Origin: an uncultured Nitrospiraceae bacterium | GTDB lineage: Bacteria > Nitrospirota > Thermodesulfovibrionia > Thermodesulfovibrionales > Dissulfurispiraceae | DNA length: 64,000 bases | Assembly: GCA_947085205.1 (NCBI GenBank) | Contig: CAMTVO010000014.1 | Span: 17,946-81,945, forward strand | Direction: 5' to 3' | The notes under the pieces: model-generated | What the model was told of the DNA's origin: nothing | Seen by the model: the letters and a program-made list of their open reading frames with translations, nothing else | Database searches by the model: none | Program-made: the position numbers and the translations under genes | Part shown: positions 34,260 through 44,268 of the stretch, in pieces | How the letters are laid out: each line of letters starts with the position of its first letter | Numbering within the stretch: the first letter of the stretch is position 1

Positions 34260-35102
34260 CTACTCCAAAAGCTTGGCCTTTTGTTCTGTATACGCTTTCT
34301 TTATAGTCTCCTGAATTCCGCTGAATTTTTCTTCAGACATGCCTAACCGTTCAAGTTCGATATTGGATACATTTACAGGCCGCCGCAAGCCGATACCGAG
34401 ATTTAAACAAACAGCATCGGCAATCTTGATCATCTCGCAAAGTGTTTCAAAATTACTGTCTTCAAAGGCAGGAAATGTTTCTAAGTGATGATACTCTATA
34501 ACCACTTCGAGGTTTTTGGGCAGCTTCCACTTTCTTGCAATAAGACCCCCAACATTGCAGTGGTTAAACCCAAGCATCTCATCCTCAACCTCTATAAAAG
34601 ACAGTCCCTCTTCATAAACCTTTTCAATAACTACAGAATACGACTCAGACATGCTGTTGTTGAGAACAGTTTTTCCAACATCGTGAATCAACCCTGCAAC
34701 AAGCGCTTCCTCAGCCTGCACCATCTTTGTCTCTGCAGCAAGGATAGATGCAGCAATAGACACGCCAAGGCTGTGTTCCCAGAGTCTCTGCTCGAAGAGA
34801 CCGAACTTCCTGTGCAAGTCCTTCAATGAGGCGGCAACCACAAGATTTTTCATGGTATTAAAGCCAATAAGAATTATTGCAGTGGATATTGTGTCTATGC
34901 TCTTGCCCCTGCCGTAATACGGCGAGTTGGCAATCCTCAGAAGCCTTGTGGAAAATGCCTGGTCTTTGGAAATAATCTTTTCGAGCTCGTTTATAGATGA
35001 GTAATCGTCATTCATAAGCTGTAAGACCTTCATTGCAACAGGAGGAAGGCTTGGAATGTCAACGGTCTCTAAAATAATTTTTTCTAATATCTCTTCTTTC
35101 AT
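34260..35102 (-). CDS. HDOD domain protein
   Basis: LPPVAMKVLQLMNDD....ELEKIISKDQAFSTRLLRIANSPYYG, typical of HDOD. Confidence 0.85.
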   Translation of the reverse strand: MKEEILEKIILETVDIPSLPPVAMKVLQLMNDDYSSINELEKIISKDQAFSTRLLRIANSPYYGRGKSIDTISTAIILIGFNTMKNLVVAASLKDLHRKFGLFEQRLWEHSLGVSIAASILAAETKMVQAEEALVAGLIHDVGKTVLNNSMSESYSVVIEKVYEEGLSFIEVEDEMLGFNHCNVGGLIARKWKLPKNLEVVIEYHHLETFPAFEDSNFETLCEMIKIADAVCLNLGIGLRRPVNVSNIELERLGMSEEKFSGIQETIKKAYTEQKAKLLE

Positions 35103-36361
35103 GCCGTCCCCTCATACCTCATATACTCTTCCCCTGCCTTAAGCTGAGCATCGAGCCTCACATCATTGAGGTGCTTAAAATATGTGCTTGCGACACTCAC
35201 AATACTTGGGTCGAGGCTATTGTTTTTAGCCATGCCTTCTATTATTCTCAAAGCCTCCTTTCCACTCATCCCTTTTCTGTAAGGTCTGTCCTCTGTTATT
35301 GCAGTAAAGACATCAGCTACTGCCATAATCCTTGAGCCAATTGGCAACTTATTGCCCTTTATATGGAACGGATAGCCGTCACCATCCATCCGTTCATGGT
35401 GAAAGGATGCCCATGTATTAATTATATCAAACCCTTTCACAGATTCCAGTATTCTGAAGGAATGATAAACATGACTTTTCATTATATTGAATTCTTCCAC
35501 TGAAAGTTTTGCAGGTTTTTCGAGTATTTCTGCCGGAACAGCCAATTTGCCGACGTCGTGGAGATAACCTGCAACAGACATCATCCGACACTCCATCTCT
35601 GAAAAACCTATCATCTGTGCCAGTAATGTAGCCACTGCACTTACACCTGCTGAATGAACTGCTGTAAATGAACTTCTATAATCCACAATATTACTGAAAA
35701 GTTTAGCAATACTTAGAAGGCCTTCCATATCCAGCTCTATATCAGGCAGAACATTTCTATCTAAAATTATCTGGTCAATCTCCGGCGATGTTGCATCAAA
35801 CCAGAAAGATTCTTTAGCTGATAGGTTCTCAAAGAGATCTACAAGCTCAGGCATAAATATTTTATTTGAGCGGGATTTGACTACATTCACTATGCTTTTG
35901 CTCTGACTCAGCACCTCCTGATGTTTATCAATAAGCACTTCTATCCTGTCAGCAAGATAGATGATATGGCCGCCAATAGGGACGTCTTCTCCATTAAACC
36001 TGCGACCTTCGCCTTCTGCCCATGGGATATGATGGTAACGAATAAGCTTAGAAACAGATGGAAATATGTCAAAGTCCTTAATAAGCAAATATCCCCTTTC
36101 AGCATGCAGGTAAGGGTTTTTAATCTCAAATTCGAGGGAATCAATCTTTTCATGCTCTGAAAAAACACCAATGTCATGAATTGCTGATGCTAAAAATATA
36201 TCATTTATCTCCTGTCGTGAAAGCCCTGATTCCTTTGCTATCTCACTGGCAATTACAGCCACCCTCAGATGGTGATTGGCAACTTTTGGATTAACAAAAT
36301 CCAGTGCCCTTGAAAAGGAAAGGATCAGGTCAGATAGTTTTATTCTTATGTTACCAATCAT
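35099..36361 (-). CDS. HD-GYP domain protein (tandem HD domains; c-di-GMP phosphodiesterase candidate)
   Basis: HDIGV and HDVGKLAVP HD motifs plus HHERMDGDGYP. ATGA overlap with the HDOD gene. Confidence 0.85.
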   Translation of the reverse strand: MIGNIRIKLSDLILSFSRALDFVNPKVANHHLRVAVIASEIAKESGLSRQEINDIFLASAIHDIGVFSEHEKIDSLEFEIKNPYLHAERGYLLIKDFDIFPSVSKLIRYHHIPWAEGEGRRFNGEDVPIGGHIIYLADRIEVLIDKHQEVLSQSKSIVNVVKSRSNKIFMPELVDLFENLSAKESFWFDATSPEIDQIILDRNVLPDIELDMEGLLSIAKLFSNIVDYRSSFTAVHSAGVSAVATLLAQMIGFSEMECRMMSVAGYLHDVGKLAVPAEILEKPAKLSVEEFNIMKSHVYHSFRILESVKGFDIINTWASFHHERMDGDGYPFHIKGNKLPIGSRIMAVADVFTAITEDRPYRKGMSGKEALRIIEGMAKNNSLDPSIVSVASTYFKHLNDVRLDAQLKAGEEYMRYEGTA

Positions 36362-36393
36362 AACTTTGTATCATCACTCCATTACTCCATTAT

Positions 36394-38367
36394 TTACGCC
36401 TCAGCCTCGAGCTTCGTCAGTATGGAGATTATCTCATCAACCAATCTCACTGATTCTGTCACACGAAGCTTTATTGATTCCCTGTCTCCTTTTTTCGCAG
36501 CTTCGTAAGCCTTCAATCCGAGTTCATGCAGTCTGCTGTGAGGCGACTCGAGATCTCTGAATAAACTGCGATTTCCGAACAACTCTCTTCCCTCTCCGTA
36601 ATACCATGCGCCCATCCTCGATTTATCTGCATGCAGCTCATCAGGACCGACTGATATTTCCTTTGCATCAAGGAGGTTCAGAATCCTGTGAAGCCACAAA
36701 ACATAATCTGCCTTAAGCACACCTATTCTCATTTTAGGGTCGTTAAAACCATCCAGCAAGCTTAAAAATTCCTTTGCATCGGTGCTGAATTTATTAAAGG
36801 ACAATGCCATGTCCTTGACTGTCTTAGAGCTCCCCTTTGCATCTTCCGCAATGTTGGTTAAGTTGCTCGATATTTCGGTTGCAGTAGCCGACTGTTCCTC
36901 CGTAGCGGTGACCACCTGATGAATCATGTCTGAGACCTTTTCAAAACTTTCGTATATTTGCATAAATGCGCCTTCCAGACGTCGCGCAATCTCACCTGTA
37001 ACTTTAGACTTTTCAACTGCCACATCCATTATATCTGTGGCATCAACCGTGCCTGCATGTATAGAGCTCAAAATATTGTTTATCTCGGATGTTGCGTTTG
37101 CAGTCCTCTGCGCAAGCTTCCTCACCTCGTCAGCAACTACCGCAAATCCCCTTCCCTGCTCCCCTGCCCTTGCAGCCTCTATTGCGGCATTCAGGGCGAG
37201 GAGGTTTGTCTGGTCCGCTATATCCTTTATCATTACCACTATCTCGTCTATTTTCTTTGAAAATTCGGACAGATCCTTTACCTTGCCCGATGCCTTTTCT
37301 ATCTGCGTATTCACTTCGTCTATGGAAGATACCGTTTCATTGATCATCCCCTTACCTTGAGACGATGCTGTTTTTGCGCGCTCTGCCGCCTGCGATGCGA
37401 TATTTATATTGCGCGCTATGTCGCCTATGGTAGACGACATCTCCTCTGTTGCAGTTGCAGCAGTAGTTGTGCGTTCAAGGTCTTTATCAACCCTCTGCGA
37501 TACATCCTTGCCGTAAAGGGTAAGGTTGACGGCATCCTTTAGGATATGAACCGTCTTGCCCGCCACATCCCTCATAACATGCCTCATTGCCTTTATTATG
37601 CTCGTTACATCTTCCGCCACCTTCCCGAACTCGTCGGCGGTCTTTGATTCAATCCTGACTGTAAGGTCGCCTTTTGCAACCTTCCCTGCAGATGCGCTGA
37701 TATCGTGCAGGACACTGATGACATACCTGTTGACAAACCAGAAAGAGAACGCAAAAGCTATAGAGAATACCACGAGAACAATTACTGCCACAGAGACTGT
37801 GGTCGTCTTGATTTCTCTCTTAATAGTATCCATGCTATTGACAAATTCTTTTCTTGAGTCTTCTATAATTTCGTCCATCATTCCTAAAAATATCTTTGAC
37901 CTTTCCGCTTGCACGGTCCCGACTATTTTTAGCATATCGTTGATTCTTTCCGATTTGATTAAGGCAATCACTTCACCTTTAATGGTCTGCAAAAAAGGCG
38001 CTATCGCCTTTTCCATTTCTACGGTTTTATCCTTATACCTGCCTTTTTTTAATTCTTCGGTATTTCTTAAAATTTTATCCGAAAGAGAGACGATAACGCC
38101 CTCCTGCGCTTCCCATACATCTGGGTCTTTTGCCAAGCTCATCCTCAAAAATGCAGCCCTTATTCCGTTAATATCTGCCTTGATCTGGGTTATCAGTTGA
38201 ATGTCGTTGCTCATAGTATTCATGGAATCGTATTTCGATTTGATGCTCATGAAATTGACGCCTATCAATCCTAATATCCCGAATATCAGGGCAGTCATAA
38301 AGATATAGCCCATCAACACCTTCTTCTTCAGGCCAATTGACAGTACTAAAGAAAACAAACCCTTCAT
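36394..38367 (-). CDS. Methyl-accepting chemotaxis protein with a C-terminal CZB-like domain
   Basis: Two TM helices, HAMP, signalling hairpin [38 protein letters not shown]-terminal ...LWLHRI...SRMGAWY...HSRLH resembles a chemoreceptor zinc-binding domain. Confidence 0.9.
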   Translation of the reverse strand: MKGLFSLVLSIGLKKKVLMGYIFMTALIFGILGLIGVNFMSIKSKYDSMNTMSNDIQLITQIKADINGIRAAFLRMSLAKDPDVWEAQEGVIVSLSDKILRNTEELKKGRYKDKTVEMEKAIAPFLQTIKGEVIALIKSERINDMLKIVGTVQAERSKIFLGMMDEIIEDSRKEFVNSMDTIKREIKTTTVSVAVIVLVVFSIAFAFSFWFVNRYVISVLHDISASAGKVAKGDLTVRIESKTADEFGKVAEDVTSIIKAMRHVMRDVAGKTVHILKDAVNLTLYGKDVSQRVDKDLERTTTAATATEEMSSTIGDIARNINIASQAAERAKTASSQGKGMINETVSSIDEVNTQIEKASGKVKDLSEFSKKIDEIVVMIKDIADQTNLLALNAAIEAARAGEQGRGFAVVADEVRKLAQRTANATSEINNILSSIHAGTVDATDIMDVAVEKSKVTGEIARRLEGAFMQIYESFEKVSDMIHQVVTATEEQSATATEISSNLTNIAEDAKGSSKTVKDMALSFNKFSTDAKEFLSLLDGFNDPKMRIGVLKADYVLWLHRILNLLDAKEISVGPDELHADKSRMGAWYYGEGRELFGNRSLFRDLESPHSRLHELGLKAYEAAKKGDRESIKLRVTESVRLVDEIISILTKLEAEA

Positions 38368-38380
38368 TTTTCCTCCATTA

Positions 38381-39433
38381 CTATACCGAATTTATTATCT
38401 CGCCGGCCATTTCTTCTATGGCCAATATCTTGTCAGCTATGCCTGCATCCACGACCGCCTTCGGCATTCCATACACAACACATGTATCTTCGTTTTGTGC
38501 AAATATCCTGCCGCCCGTCTTTTTCACTTCAATAAGTCCTTTGCATCCATCATTTCCCATGCCTGTTAGTATTACGCCGAGCGCCCTGCCGGGGAAAAAT
38601 TCTGACACAGAAAACATCAGCGCATCGACAGATGGGCGATAAATAAACTCCTCTTTATTCTCAGAAATGGTAACAACAGTCTCTATACCCCTCGGTCTTC
38701 TCACCCTCATATGTCCTCTTCCGGGCGCTATAAGAGCAACTCCCGGCTTCAGAGGTTCTCCCTCTTCTGCCTCTTTTACCGTAATCTGACTGAGTTGATT
38801 GAGCCTCTCGGCAAATGGCCCGGTGAAGTTTGGCGGCATGTGTTGGGCTATTACTATAGGGGTAGGAAAGTCCTTGGGCAATTTAGGAATTATCTCCTGG
38901 AGCGCCTTCGGCCCGCCTGTAGAAGTCCCTATGGACACTATGCCGACCCTTCTTTCGCCTGTTGTCCTGACAGGCATGGATTTAGGAATCTCTATCGTTC
39001 TTGGCGCAGTTGTAGGCCTGATGCGCTTCCTAATAATTCCTGCTCTGGCTATATGCTTTATCTTGTCAATCAATATCTCCCTTATCTTCACAATGTTTAC
39101 AGAAAGGTCAGATAGGTTTTTGGGGATAAAATCCACTGCACCGAGGTCAAAGGCATCCAGTGTAACCTTTGCTCCTTCTACGGTCAGGGAGCTGACCATA
39201 ATTACAGGAACAGGATTTTTCTCCATTATATGCTTCAGGGCAGTAATGCCGTCCATCCTCGGCATTTCAACATCCATGGTCACAATATCAGGCCTTAGTT
39301 TTTCTATCAGCTCAATTGCTTCAAGACCGTCCCTTGCCTTACCGACAATCTGGATTTCAGGGTCAGAGGAAAGCATACTGGACAGGGCATTCCTCATAAA
39401 TGCAGAATCATCTACAATAAGAACCTTTACCAT
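38381..39433 (-). CDS. cheB: Chemotaxis protein-glutamate methylesterase CheB
   Basis: REC domain ([16 protein letters not shown]) plus esterase domain (GTSTGGP, HM, GMGNDG). Confidence 0.95.
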   Translation of the reverse strand: MVKVLIVDDSAFMRNALSSMLSSDPEIQIVGKARDGLEAIELIEKLRPDIVTMDVEMPRMDGITALKHIMEKNPVPVIMVSSLTVEGAKVTLDAFDLGAVDFIPKNLSDLSVNIVKIREILIDKIKHIARAGIIRKRIRPTTAPRTIEIPKSMPVRTTGERRVGIVSIGTSTGGPKALQEIIPKLPKDFPTPIVIAQHMPPNFTGPFAERLNQLSQITVKEAEEGEPLKPGVALIAPGRGHMRVRRPRGIETVVTISENKEEFIYRPSVDALMFSVSEFFPGRALGVILTGMGNDGCKGLIEVKKTGGRIFAQNEDTCVVYGMPKAVVDAGIADKILAIEEMAGEIINSV

Positions 39434-39435
39434 TT

Positions 39436-41889
39436 TTATACCCTAAACCAACCTGCCGTTGAATTTAATTCGGTTGCAAGTCTTGAAAGGTCTTCTGATG
39501 CACGCTTTATCTCAACAATGGAGTTGCTCAACTGTCTTGTTATTACTGCAATGCTTTCCATATTATGCGAAACCTCTTCGGAAGCGGACGATTGTTCTTC
39601 TGTTGCCGCTGCAATCCTCTGTACCATATCCGCAACCTGCTCCACGTATGTGACGATTTCGTCTATGGACTTTAATGTGCTATCTACATTGCCAATCACT
39701 TTTCCTACAGAATCTCTGTTGTCTTTCATTGAATTTACAGAATCCTTAACCTCTGTCTGCATCGTCATTACGGTGTTTGCAATGTCATCTGTAGCTGCTG
39801 TAGTCCTTTCAGCAAGCTGCCTGACACTATCAGCCACAACTGCAAATCCCCTTCCATGCTCCCCTGCCCTTGCCGCCTCTATGGCTGCATTCAATGCAAG
39901 GAGATTGGTCTGGTCGGCAATCTCTTTGATTAAGCTTATAATATCGTTTATCTCTTCTGATTTTTTACCGAGGGACTCCACCTTTTTAGAGGATTCATTA
40001 ATCGTATTCGCAAACTTCTGAAGTTCCTGCACGGTAATATGCATCGCACCTTTACCCTGCAGTGCAATCTTCTTCATTTTCTGAGCAGTCTCTGCTGTGT
40101 GTGAGGCGCTTTTTGCAACATCTAATGTGGTCTGAGACATCTCTGTCATTGCAGTTGCTGATTGCTCTATCTGCATGCTCTGCTCATTCGAGCCTTTTTC
40201 AAGCGTCGTAGATGTAGCAGACAGTTCCTCCGAGCTGCTCGCCAGCGTTCCTGTAGATGTCTTAACCTTTCCGACTATATCCCGTAGGTTTTCTACCATC
40301 TTGCACATTGACTGTTGAACCATTCCAATTTCATCCTTGCTGTGTTCATCCTTGGAGCATGTAAGGTTACCCTGCGCAATCTGCTCAGCTCCCCAGATAA
40401 GTTCATTTAAAGGCTTTGAAACAGAACGATAAACCCATGTGCCAAAGGCAATCCCGAATACAATTGCTCCGATTCCTATGGCGATAATCAGAATCGTGCT
40501 GAACCTTACCATCTTGTTTACAGTACCGATGGCCTTTTCCTGCTCGCCCTGGGCTGTCGTTACGGTTTCCTTGCCCTTTGCTGCCTGCTTCAATACTATC
40601 TCCCTCAATCTCTCCGTGGCCTGCAAGGCCTTTTCTTTCATAGAAATCTGATGACGAATCTTTGCGATTATGCCGTCTTTTGCAAATAAAAGGCTCCGCA
40701 CTGAACTTAGCGCAGACTGTGTATTGTGAAGTATCTTGATCTCTTCCCTTGCATCGAGTTTCAAGAGAAATTTTTCGAGACTCTTACCTGTAGAGTCTAT
40801 CTTCTCGTATATCTTCTTAATCTCAGCATCAACAACATCGACCTCTTTTAGAGAATTAACAGTGAAAAGCCTTGCAGTCAGACCTTCTACGGATAAACCA
40901 AGCAAGATGAGTTCCGAATTTCCCGCCATCACGTTTGTTGCAATATTAGCCTGAGTAAAGACACCTCCCTGTTTTTTTGTCTCAACTCCATATCTATCGC
41001 TTGCAGAAACGACCTCCTGCTCTATGGTCAGCAAAAGAGCCGAAAGCTTCTCGCTAACTTCTTTATTTATAGCTTCAAAGCGGTTTTTGGTTTCTTCATT
41101 CGCCTGTCCTAAGATGGCTGTCTGGAGTTTGGTAAGCTCTTCTATTTTCTCTCCAAGCGTCTTGACATCAGAGTAAATAGTCTTGGAGTCTTTTGAATAT
41201 TCGTTCTGGAGCGCCTTATTTATGGCAGAGTTAATCTTGCCTCTGGCAATGATTACTGTCTTTTTGTCCTGAGCCTTCTGTATCTCAAAGACAGCAAGCT
41301 GGAGGTCTTTCAGTGTTGCCTTCAACAGTTCTATATTCCTGAGTTTCGATGAAATACCCTTTGTATCCTCCAGAGATGTCACAAAGGCTGCCGAACGATT
41401 GAGCTGAAGCCCCTTTATCTTTGTATCCAGTTCCTTCAATCTGTTCGATGCTTCCTTCAACTTCTTTGTAATTGTTTTGTTTGCTGTGCCGGCATCTTCT
41501 TCTGCATTGAGTCTTCCCTCTGTTATATCAAAAAGTTCCTTTGCTATACGGCTTAATTCATTGTGGGTCTCCATCTTTGCGCCTCCGGACAGGGCTTCCA
41601 ATGCGTCCTGAATGCTTTTAACCTCTGACAGAGATTTTTCCGCTTCGGTGCGGTAGGTCTTATATTCCTCCACATTTGTAGAAGCGCTCACATTGACAAG
41701 GTCGGCAGTAGTGCCCTGAATGGTTCTCTGAAATTCAACCGTCCTCAGCTGAAACGGAGTGCTCCGCTCTGTAAGATAAAAAAGCTTGCTCTTTACAAAT
41801 CCCATGCCTATCACGCTCGTTGCAGCAACAGCGCCGATTATTATAAGCACTGCTATTACGTTCCATGTAAGTTTAGTCTTAATTGTCAT
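39436..41889 (-). CDS. Methyl-accepting chemotaxis protein with a very long (~430 aa) helical periplasmic region
   Basis: TM1 near aa 10-32, TM2 near aa 465-490, HAMP, signalling hairpin [37 protein letters not shown]. Confidence 0.9.
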   Translation of the reverse strand: MTIKTKLTWNVIAVLIIIGAVAATSVIGMGFVKSKLFYLTERSTPFQLRTVEFQRTIQGTTADLVNVSASTNVEEYKTYRTEAEKSLSEVKSIQDALEALSGGAKMETHNELSRIAKELFDITEGRLNAEEDAGTANKTITKKLKEASNRLKELDTKIKGLQLNRSAAFVTSLEDTKGISSKLRNIELLKATLKDLQLAVFEIQKAQDKKTVIIARGKINSAINKALQNEYSKDSKTIYSDVKTLGEKIEELTKLQTAILGQANEETKNRFEAINKEVSEKLSALLLTIEQEVVSASDRYGVETKKQGGVFTQANIATNVMAGNSELILLGLSVEGLTARLFTVNSLKEVDVVDAEIKKIYEKIDSTGKSLEKFLLKLDAREEIKILHNTQSALSSVRSLLFAKDGIIAKIRHQISMKEKALQATERLREIVLKQAAKGKETVTTAQGEQEKAIGTVNKMVRFSTILIIAIGIGAIVFGIAFGTWVYRSVSKPLNELIWGAEQIAQGNLTCSKDEHSKDEIGMVQQSMCKMVENLRDIVGKVKTSTGTLASSSEELSATSTTLEKGSNEQSMQIEQSATAMTEMSQTTLDVAKSASHTAETAQKMKKIALQGKGAMHITVQELQKFANTINESSKKVESLGKKSEEINDIISLIKEIADQTNLLALNAAIEAARAGEHGRGFAVVADSVRQLAERTTAATDDIANTVMTMQTEVKDSVNSMKDNRDSVGKVIGNVDSTLKSIDEIVTYVEQVADMVQRIAAATEEQSSASEEVSHNMESIAVITRQLSNSIVEIKRASEDLSRLATELNSTAGWFRV

Positions 41890-41920
41890 AAACGTCCCCC
41901 TCGCTTCTATCTAATTGCCT

Positions 41921-41947
41921 GGAAGTGCAGGAATATCCTGCACTTCC
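41921..41947. promoter_or_regulatory. Perfect 12-bp inverted repeat GGAAGTGCAGGA-ata-TCCTGCACTTCC between the binding-protein gene and the MCP gene
   Basis: Seen directly. There is no U-run on either strand, so it is either an operator or an RNA stem-loop. Confidence 0.4.
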
Positions 41948-41972
41948 TAAGTTTATGTCCAAACAGCCTTTG

Positions 41973-42734
41973 CTATTTTATATGCTTCTGTCCTTCGCCC
42001 TTGATAAAGTCTATGAGCTTCTGTACATTTGGAGATGGTTTGCCTTTAGTAACAAGGATTATTGGTCTTGCCACTTCAGGGGTCTCAGGAGACTTTATAG
42101 TAGCATCCACTACCGCTGCCGGACCAATCCCCACTGCTTCAGGATTTGATGTAATATTCTGCCTTACGTCTTCTGCAGTGGTTGCTTCAAGAACATCCTT
42201 TGTCTGGGATTCTCCATCAAGCATGTTTTTTATAAATAAACTGTTAGTACCGGGAATAAGCTTACCCCACACCACTATTATAGGCATGTCTTTGCCGCCC
42301 ACATCTTTCCAGTTGGCTATTTTGCCGGTGAATATACCTTTTAACTGCTCCTTTGAAAGCTTTGAGACAGGGTTATCTTTATGCACGAGTACAATAATCT
42401 TATCTTTTCCAATGGTTACCTGCTGAAGTGATGCAGGGTCCTTAACCTCTGCCCCCTCTTTTTTCATAAGATTCATCCAGTCATCAAAGGTAAGACCTGC
42501 TGCTGCTGCATCAACAGCGCCTTTTTCCAAATCCATTAAGGCAATCTTAGGCCCTGAAGCAATAATGGTAAGCCTTACCCCTATAGCCCTCTCAAATGGC
42601 TCCTTTATAGGCTTTAACACATTCTCTGTCGGTGCGGCCCCTGCCCCAATCTTTACCTCGTCTGCAAAGACGGCGAGGCTAAAGGTCAACAGAAAAACAA
42701 ATGCAACTGCTAAAATCAGTCTAAATCTCTTCAT
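41973..42734 (-). CDS. PstS-family (PBP_like_2) periplasmic substrate-binding protein
   Basis: Signal peptide ends VFA|D. LKGIFTGKIANWKDVGG motif, typical of phosphate-type binding proteins. SD GGAGG. Confidence 0.75.
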   Translation of the reverse strand: MKRFRLILAVAFVFLLTFSLAVFADEVKIGAGAAPTENVLKPIKEPFERAIGVRLTIIASGPKIALMDLEKGAVDAAAAGLTFDDWMNLMKKEGAEVKDPASLQQVTIGKDKIIVLVHKDNPVSKLSKEQLKGIFTGKIANWKDVGGKDMPIIVVWGKLIPGTNSLFIKNMLDGESQTKDVLEATTAEDVRQNITSNPEAVGIGPAAVVDATIKSPETPEVARPIILVTKGKPSPNVQKLIDFIKGEGQKHIK

Positions 42735-42759
42735 CTTGTCCTCCAGATAAAAAAATTGT

Positions 42760-42777
42760 ATCCACCATAAGGTGGAT
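42760..42777 (-). terminator. Weak hairpin/attenuator between the 90-aa ORF and the binding-protein gene
   Basis: 7-bp stem ATCCACC/GGTGGAT with a 4-nt loop. On the minus strand it is followed by acaaTTTTTTT. Confidence 0.3.
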
Positions 42778-42780
42778 TTG

Positions 42781-43053
42781 TTATCTACGCTTCCGTTTTA
42801 CTTGTGCAGTATGAACTTCTGTATTGTTCCTATGGGCAATAAGTTCCTCATGAATCATGTCTGTCTTCTGCTTTAGCCCAGATATATCCTTTTTCATATC
42901 CTGCTGCTGGTCAATTACAAAACCAATGTTCTTCTGAAATTCTTCCAAAAGAATCCCGGTGTGTCTCCTGAATTCTTCTTTTATCTCCTTAAATTCTTCC
43001 TTTACCTCTTGGTTAAATTCTTCAAAGTCCTTTTTCGTAACATAATCATCCAT
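42781..43053 (-). CDS. Hypothetical 90-aa coiled-coil protein
   Basis: ORF between cheW-cheZ and the binding-protein gene. Second ATG (43053) has better SD spacing (AAGGGG). Charged heptad-like sequence, no family recognised. Confidence 0.45.
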   Translation of the reverse strand: MDDYVTKKDFEEFNQEVKEEFKEIKEEFRRHTGILLEEFQKNIGFVIDQQQDMKKDISGLKQKTDMIHEELIAHRNNTEVHTAQVKRKRR

Positions 43054-43069
43054 AAAAATCATCCCCTTT

Positions 43070-44245
43070 TTAGAATCCGAAGTCCTTCAGAAGGTCATCC
43101 ACATCTGCCTGTGAGACCTCTTCAGGAGTTACTTCTGCCTTTAGTCCATGTTCTATCTTTACACCAAAGGTTGCTATCAGTTTTACAAGCTCCTCCTCTA
43201 TGTCGCCTACAAGCTTAATCACCTTCTTTATTGTCTGGCCCGTAATGTCCTGAAAGGACTGCGCGGTAAGTATCTCTGTAAAGTCGTCTTCAAGCCTGTT
43301 CTTGAAATTCTTTAAATATGCAACCGATTCTTCCGGTTCTTTCAGGTTTCTTATGTGTGTGGCAAGGTCGTCCATGCCGATTATATATTTTTCTACAATA
43401 CCCATAGTCTTGTTTGCTGCATCTTCTGTCTTTTCTATAACAAACTGGAGTTTGTCAACAGCATTGGGCATATCTGTTACTGCCATATCCTTAAGTCGAG
43501 GGTCTATGGCCTCCTTAAAGCTCTTTATAGCGTCGTGAAGCTTCCTCGTAACCTTCCCGACCTCTTTAAAGAGGTCGCTCTGGCCTTTATTCATTATGTT
43601 CTGGATAGTGCTGTCCGCCTTTTCGTAATCCTGCGTTGCAATGGCATTCATAAAACTGATCATATCGTCAAAAAGGGCGTATCTCGGATCATTAGCGCTT
43701 ATACCCCTTTTCTCAAAAAAGTCCTTTGCATCCATTACTTCTTTAACAACCATCTCTCCGCCCATTCCTTCTATCTTCTTTACCACCTCAACCTTATCCC
43801 CGATTTCCTTTACCTCAAAGACCTCGTCTTCAAAGATACTCATGTCCTCCACAGGAATAAGCTTCCTTGTGTCTAAAAGCACTACAAGCTTATCGCCAAC
43901 CTTTGCGACGCCTGAGACAATATCGGATGCATTAAAGTCGGTAGGAGGCTCTATCTCCGACTCCTCTATCGTAATAACTCCTGTTATACTGTCAACCAGA
44001 ACTCCAAAGGTAATACGGCCGCTGGTGACAACGATTACCTTTTCTCCGACTGTTCCGCCATTTAAACCCGCGAGCCTCTTAAGATCCACCACAGGTATTA
44101 TTCTCCCCCTGAGATTTGCAATTCCCTCGATATAACCCGGCGACTGAGGCAGTTTCGTAAGAGACGGAAAATTTATAATCTCCTGAACCTTCAGAATCGG
44201 TATTGTGTATTCATTGTTATTCATTGTAAAGCCTATATACTGCAT
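43070..44245 (-). CDS. CheW-domain / CheZ-phosphatase fusion protein
   Basis: aa 1-140 form a CheW domain (IEGIANLRGRIIPVVDLKRL). The C-terminal ~215 aa align by eye to E. coli CheZ: VGKVTRKLHDAI, MPNAVDKLQFVIEKTEDAANKT, catalytic box AQSFQDITGQTIKKVI (D and Q conserved), CheY-binding tail ADVDDLLKDFGF. SD GGAGGG. Confidence 0.85.
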   Translation of the reverse strand: MQYIGFTMNNNEYTIPILKVQEIINFPSLTKLPQSPGYIEGIANLRGRIIPVVDLKRLAGLNGGTVGEKVIVVTSGRITFGVLVDSITGVITIEESEIEPPTDFNASDIVSGVAKVGDKLVVLLDTRKLIPVEDMSIFEDEVFEVKEIGDKVEVVKKIEGMGGEMVVKEVMDAKDFFEKRGISANDPRYALFDDMISFMNAIATQDYEKADSTIQNIMNKGQSDLFKEVGKVTRKLHDAIKSFKEAIDPRLKDMAVTDMPNAVDKLQFVIEKTEDAANKTMGIVEKYIIGMDDLATHIRNLKEPEESVAYLKNFKNRLEDDFTEILTAQSFQDITGQTIKKVIKLVGDIEEELVKLIATFGVKIEHGLKAEVTPEEVSQADVDDLLKDFGF

Positions 44246-44268
44246 ATATACCCTCCGTAAACGTAAAA

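Noticed and set aside
41890-41972. A sigma54 or sigma28 promoter upstream of the 817-aa MCP
   Set aside because: TTGGACATAAACTTAG only loosely resembles -24/-12 elements (no GC at -12, wrong spacing), and no GCCGATAA-like box is present.
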